Assembly (NCBI GenBank): GCA_002633005.1
Contig: NMRA01000697.1
Coordinates: 62,001 to 126,000 of the forward strand
Reading direction: 5' to 3'
Length of the DNA: 64,000 nucleotides
Origin: Phoronis australis
Lineage: Eukaryota; Animalia; Phoronida
The position numbers were made by a program, and so were the translations under genes. The notes under the pieces are model-generated. The model had not been told where the DNA came from. It made no database searches and worked only from the letters and a program-made list of their open reading frames with translations. The stretch's first letter is position 1; every line of letters starts with the position of its first letter. Shown in pieces: positions 59,105 to 64,000 of this stretch.

Positions 59105-62100
59105 TAGCGGGGGGGAAAATGTGCAGATTTGCAAAAATTGGGCACTTTGTGACAAGTTTTTGCAATTTGGGACAATGTTAGGTATAAGCAAAAGAAATTC
59201 AAAAAACACCGTCCGCAAACAAAGTGTACTGACCCCCTGGTGGTCGCGCAAAATCCATATGGCCGCCGCCGAAAATGGAAATTGGCATATGTCGGCTATT
59301 ATTATCACTAGAACAAATTCTGGTAACATCTTTTCAATATTTTTGGGGGTGAGGAGTTCATTTCTCGTGTTAGTTTTATGTTTTGAGGTTAATTCCAATG
59401 CAAAATATTACATTCACAAATAACTCAAATTTATGTTTGTCCTCATAGAAATTACTTTGTTTAATTAATGGGTATATCGATGTGATTGGCCGCACAAAAT
59501 TCTAAAATTACCATTTTCCAAAACCATATTTGCACAAAATAGGACTTGTCCAGCTGACAATGACAATACTTCTAGACTGACATATGTACAAACATAGATA
59601 CTTTATTAGCAACTGAATGAACAGAACTTTCTACCAAATACAGCAGGTTGCTAGTTTGTATCATGTACTTATAAAGCAACTAGATATTGAGAAAGATGAA
59701 ATGTCAGGTTTTAGAGTCGTTGCTGGTGCAGGCACCTTCACATTCGCACAATGTGGTACACTAGAGACGAGTCCAGATCTATGGCACTTACAATTGCTTT
59801 TGAAGGCAACAACACAGCTGCAATGGAGAAGTAGGGAACACGCCTGGCTTGCATCTTCCAGATATGTCCAGTATGGCACCCATTTTGTAGCTCTAGCATT
59901 CTATTCCCAACCACGTAGACCTGGGTTTGGCATCTGGAGTTTTTTGGCTGTTTCCAAACAAAAGCTGCAGCGAGCACGGCACGCTTAGCATGTTAGAATA
60001 TAGCAGGCTGTGTTGGTGGTAGTGATTCCAAAGTCTTGAGACCATGGGTGAACAGAAGCTTTCTTGCTTCTTCCACGGAATGTGTACAACAGTTCTTACT
60101 GTACATTAATACTGTTCAGCGTTCAAGGTGTCGCATATGAAGTGAGTCAACGGTAAGGATAGTAGGGTCATGAGTGATGGCAATAAAAGTATCTACGACC
60201 ACTGGAAAAGCAGCCCAAGCATTCCATGCATTTCTTTTTACAATCCCGGACATTGCTGAAACGACATCACAACATGACAGTGGATGGAAGAGTGGGAGTG
60301 CTTTACATTTCTGGGGTCCAAGGTATTGCGAGATTTGGTGGATAGGAACATCCTTATAATTTTCCCGAAATAACGAAATAGCATTGTACAGATCAAGATG
60401 CGGTCTTTTCCTCAATTCATACAAGTTTTGGCACAACTTTAGTAATGTTTCTCCAAACTGTAAATGTGGTGACCATCAATCTTATCCTCATGTTTTCTTC
60501 AAATGTACCCTCATCGAATACCTGAGAGGCTCACTCTTTCGTTCACTCAATGAAAACCAATCAATTGTTAAAGCTCTCAAATCTTGTAATATTATCCCTA
60601 CTAAAGTTTCATTATTATTGAATGGTAGTCCTAACCTTGACCATGTTTTCAATGAATTCCTCCTAAGCAGCGTTAGCAAATTTTTATGTACCGTTTATAA
60701 ATATTGTCGCTCCTGATTTTCATACATGAATCTGTACATGTTTTTGTTTTATATGTTCGTAATAGCATATCTAAACATTGGAATACTTATATTAGATACT
60801 AATTAAATATATATACCTCTATGTATATTAGTTTCATTTATGAATTGTCTATAACCCAGATATAATGCTTCGTGATTTCTGGGTTTGTCATTATTTCTTT
60901 GTATGTTCTGTGTATTCTTCAATAAACAAATATCACTTTAAAAAATTCAGTCCACAACTCTGAGAGGCCTACTCGTGAAAGAAGCTGACTGCTAGAACCA
61001 CCACATCACTGACAACTGTTCTAAGGTAAGCCTTGGTGTGACCTTGAACAGCTGCATGTTGCAAATGCAGCATCATCCTCGTGTCAGGTTCTTCCTGTAG
61101 GCATGGAGACAATGCTGATACGTCTGTTGGTTTGATGCTGAGTATTAGGTCGGAATCAGCTACGTTACTCAGAAGGTCCTGGCTGATGAACTGGAAGAGC
61201 TCGTCCTTGTTTTGACAGTCTTTGAGGAATGTCTGCCACTGAGTTCCCCTGAGCAGTGGTATGTTAGCCGAGACCCGTGTTCGTCGCATTTCAGTCTCAC
61301 CACGCTTCACACAAGTCTAGGACTTCGAACTATCCTCTTTGTATGTGTCCCAGACTGCACCCACTCTTCTTGTGCGCTCTATGATCCGGCTTTGGACGAA
61401 TGGCAGTAATTGCTTCTGTGTATACGCCCCAAGCACTTTTGCACGCTGGGGTTTTATAATATGTATTATGGCAGCCATATCAAGAACCACCACAGAAGCT
61501 TCATTGACTGCTAGACATCGGCCAGGAACGGCCATAGCAGGCAGACATGAAAGAATATCAGATGTGGTTCCTGACCGAAGTTTACTTCTATCGCATTATG
61601 AAGGGGGATCACGCTGATTTTCGTGCTTGCAAAATCAAAGATCTCTGCTTCAGGACGTGCTTGGAGTGTCACAAACATTTTGGCGACGAGAGCCGAATTC
61701 GCTTTCCAGATCCCATCCTGTCACTACCCATCTTCAAGTCAGTGGGTGGTCTGTTGCCGAAAATAAACAAGTTGGTCCATGGGATGACGTCAAACAATGA
61801 TGTGGTAGAAGTTTCAGTTCTGGTTTTAACAAACTCTGTGAAATTGGTTTGACTAATTTTGGAGCTTCCATAAGGCAGCTGATGTTCGCAAGATCCACGA
61901 TCTCACCAGTGTCCAAAGTAATGAGGTCTGAGCCAGTCTCCTTGAATGGATTGACAACTCTACCCTCCTTCACAACGTCCCATAGAGCTTTGAGGAAGCT
62001 TGTAATGATGCCCAGCACTTGCACACGTGCCCCGCCTATAATGCTGAGTGTGAAAAGCTCTTTTGTATCCTCCAATCCAGTGATCCGATCTGGTTGCATT

Positions 62101-62135
62101 TTGACATCGTTGGTAATTGGAAGGAACGACATCAC
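59105..62135 (-). mobile_element. Decayed Academ transposon, 3' half (XPG/PIN-like nuclease and Cys-rich tail)
   Basis: TAG terminus; broken ORFs with VLDMAAII, VWDTY..S.K, EEPDTRMMLH..RTVVSDVVVL, FHPLSCCDVVSA..KRNAW and CSC..NCKC..GL. Confidence 0.78.
60370..60945 (+). mobile_element. LINE 3' end inserted into the Academ element
   Basis: SPNCKCG....HVFFKC...R..L...LLNGS..L....N..L...V.KF C-terminal motif, AT-rich 3' UTR with aataaa; splits the Academ ORF. Confidence 0.75.
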
Positions 62136-62730
62136 ATTTTATTATATTGTTACCACAATTAGGATTATAACTGTAATGTTTTATAACTACAAAACCTTAA
62201 ATAGGACTAGAACGCGAAAAACAGACTAAACTGCATAATTCAAAATGCTTCTCTGCCATTGAAACAGAATTCGTCCTACTCACCAAATATTTTTTTTGTT
62301 TTTTTCGTAAAAAAATTGAATTTCTATTGATGTCAAAGCACGTTTCTTTTAGTTTCAAATTGCTAAAGTACGATATGTCAACAAACTGCTTGTCAGTTCA
62401 TTGGTTTTTCTCCCACAAAGCAAAACACGTCTTCATATTTGGTACGGTGTCACGACATAGACGTGTTACAGGGACTTGTTATCGATGACATATGGCGTCA
62501 CAGTGATGCGTGATTTGTTACAGACTCGTTCGACAGCGTCTTTCTCTCAACAGCTTGAGTAGTGTTCTTGAAGCTCGTGGAATATCGCGAGACCCCCGTT
62601 TTGCTAGAAATGTTAATATGTTATGACAAAAATTTGGTTGGTTCCTCGTGCAGCATTGGATTTTGCAGGTTTTCGTCCACACGGTGTTGAGCAAATCAAC
62701 AACATTGGTATTTGACAAGTGTCATTTCAG

Positions 62731-62967
62731 ACGGCCGTGAATGTAAGTTCATCACGTCCGGCGAGTATTACAATGGAACCATGTCAGTAACAGTGTCGGG
62801 AAGGACGTGTCAGAGATGGGATTCACAGACTCCTCACAACCATGGAGTGGGTAATGCAGACGCACATGAAAACTACTGCAGGAACCCAGACAAGGCAAGG
62901 TCGCCATGGTGTTACACAACTGATCCTTCAGTGAGATGGGAGTTTTGTCCAGTACCATTCTGTTCCG
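62731..62967 (+). CDS. Kringle-domain exon of a plasminogen/apolipoprotein(a)-like secreted protein
   Basis: 237-nt phase 1-1 exon with six Cys: [49 protein letters not shown]. Confidence 0.93.
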
Positions 62968-63152
62968 GTAAGTGAATAATAACAAACGTTAAGGTTATCT
63001 CAAACCTTATTATTATCAGACATTATAAAAACATGCTTTATATTGATGTGACTTAATCAGTATTGCACCTTTTTGAATCAAAATGTCATCAAATCCAAAC
63101 AGCGCTCAATTTGAGAACGCTAAAAACACTTAAACATGCTTTTGAAACAGAC

Positions 63153-63405
63153 CAGGGGCCGTTCCAAGAAAATGACTTAAGTTCACTTTTGACTTAAGTT
63201 TAAGATTCGTCTTAACTTCCGAACTTTGAGACTTCCGCATTCGGTAAGTTAGTCAAAATTAAGACAAAACTTACGCCAAACACTTAAGTCAAACTTAAGA
63301 TCTCTTTCTTGAATTGGTTTTGAGACAAACTTACCTTTTATTTTAAAATTTACTAAACTTTAAGATTTGTCTTAGCTAAGTCAGTTTTGTTGGAACGGGA
63401 CACTG
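63153..63405. mobile_element. MITE rich in cttaag motifs
   Basis: Imperfect TIR caggggccgttccaa..aatgactta / taagtcagtttt..ttggaacgggacactg. Confidence 0.65.
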
Positions 63406-64000
63406 CTTCTCAGCCACAGTACTTAAAAACAAGACTCATTCATTTATCAAAATAAGCCCTTGGTAGATTTTAATGAAATCTTTTTCAAATGTAAATTTAG
63501 CAATTTACCTCAAAAACATTGTTAGGAATTTTCAATTACTCATTTAGTGTTGTGTCTAAGCCAAATTAAGTTACAAAGCGTCAGGTATTTTTGTCAAAAC
63601 ATTACACATATCTTACATTGAAAAGGAAAATCCTAAAAGTGTTTCTGACATTAATGAATAAATAATTAAATATTTGCTGGAAAGTTTCAGTGAAATTCAC
63701 CCAGTCGTTTTCGAGAACTCGAGTTCCGAGAAAAAACGGACGTTGCGAGTCTTCAAAATCTGACGGTTATCGTTAAATTGTTCGGCGAAAACTTGTTTTC
63801 GGTCAATATAACTTACATATGCTTTGATCATGTTCGTTATTTCAACAGTCATCGAATTTGTAGTGCATAATCAATATAACTATCACTAAAGCCTTTCACT
63901 TTATTGAGTTGGATCAAGCCCGAGTCAACCGTTTACTGTTCATTGTTACTCACAACACGCGCCGGGAGACGCGAAATGAATGGCACCAATCGCGTCGGTG

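Overview
Intron-rich, AT-rich animal genomic DNA, probably a marine invertebrate. It is a draft assembly with N gaps at 15008, 20811, 25127, 53534-53846 and 57582-57602. Two ribosome-biogenesis genes lie head-to-head, with start codons about 360 bp apart: DCAF13/Sof1 (minus strand, exons 1-6, continuing off the left edge) and a complete UBTF/UBF-like gene (plus strand, about 10602-46698). The UBF-like gene has an N-terminal series of Lys-rich micro-exons, a UBF dimerisation domain, four HMG boxes and an acidic tail. The first two exons of a secreted kringle protein follow at 56771-62967. Introns and intergenic DNA are packed with transposons: a Kolobok element (THAP ORF plus a convergent P2X7-tail/KolX-like ORF, TTAA TSD) nested in a decayed hAT, Sola3-like, ISL2EU-like, Academ, Gypsy, BEL/Pao, LINE and SINE relics, several MITEs and a hairpin-ended TAGCC..GGCTA family. 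The standout is an uninterrupted hAT transposase ORF (47941-51143, minus). A GT-AG intron joins it in frame to an upstream exon, and this rebuilds a vertnin-type OTU cysteine-protease domain with its catalytic motifs intact (GDGNC...NH). All family calls rest on motif recognition by eye; no searches were run.
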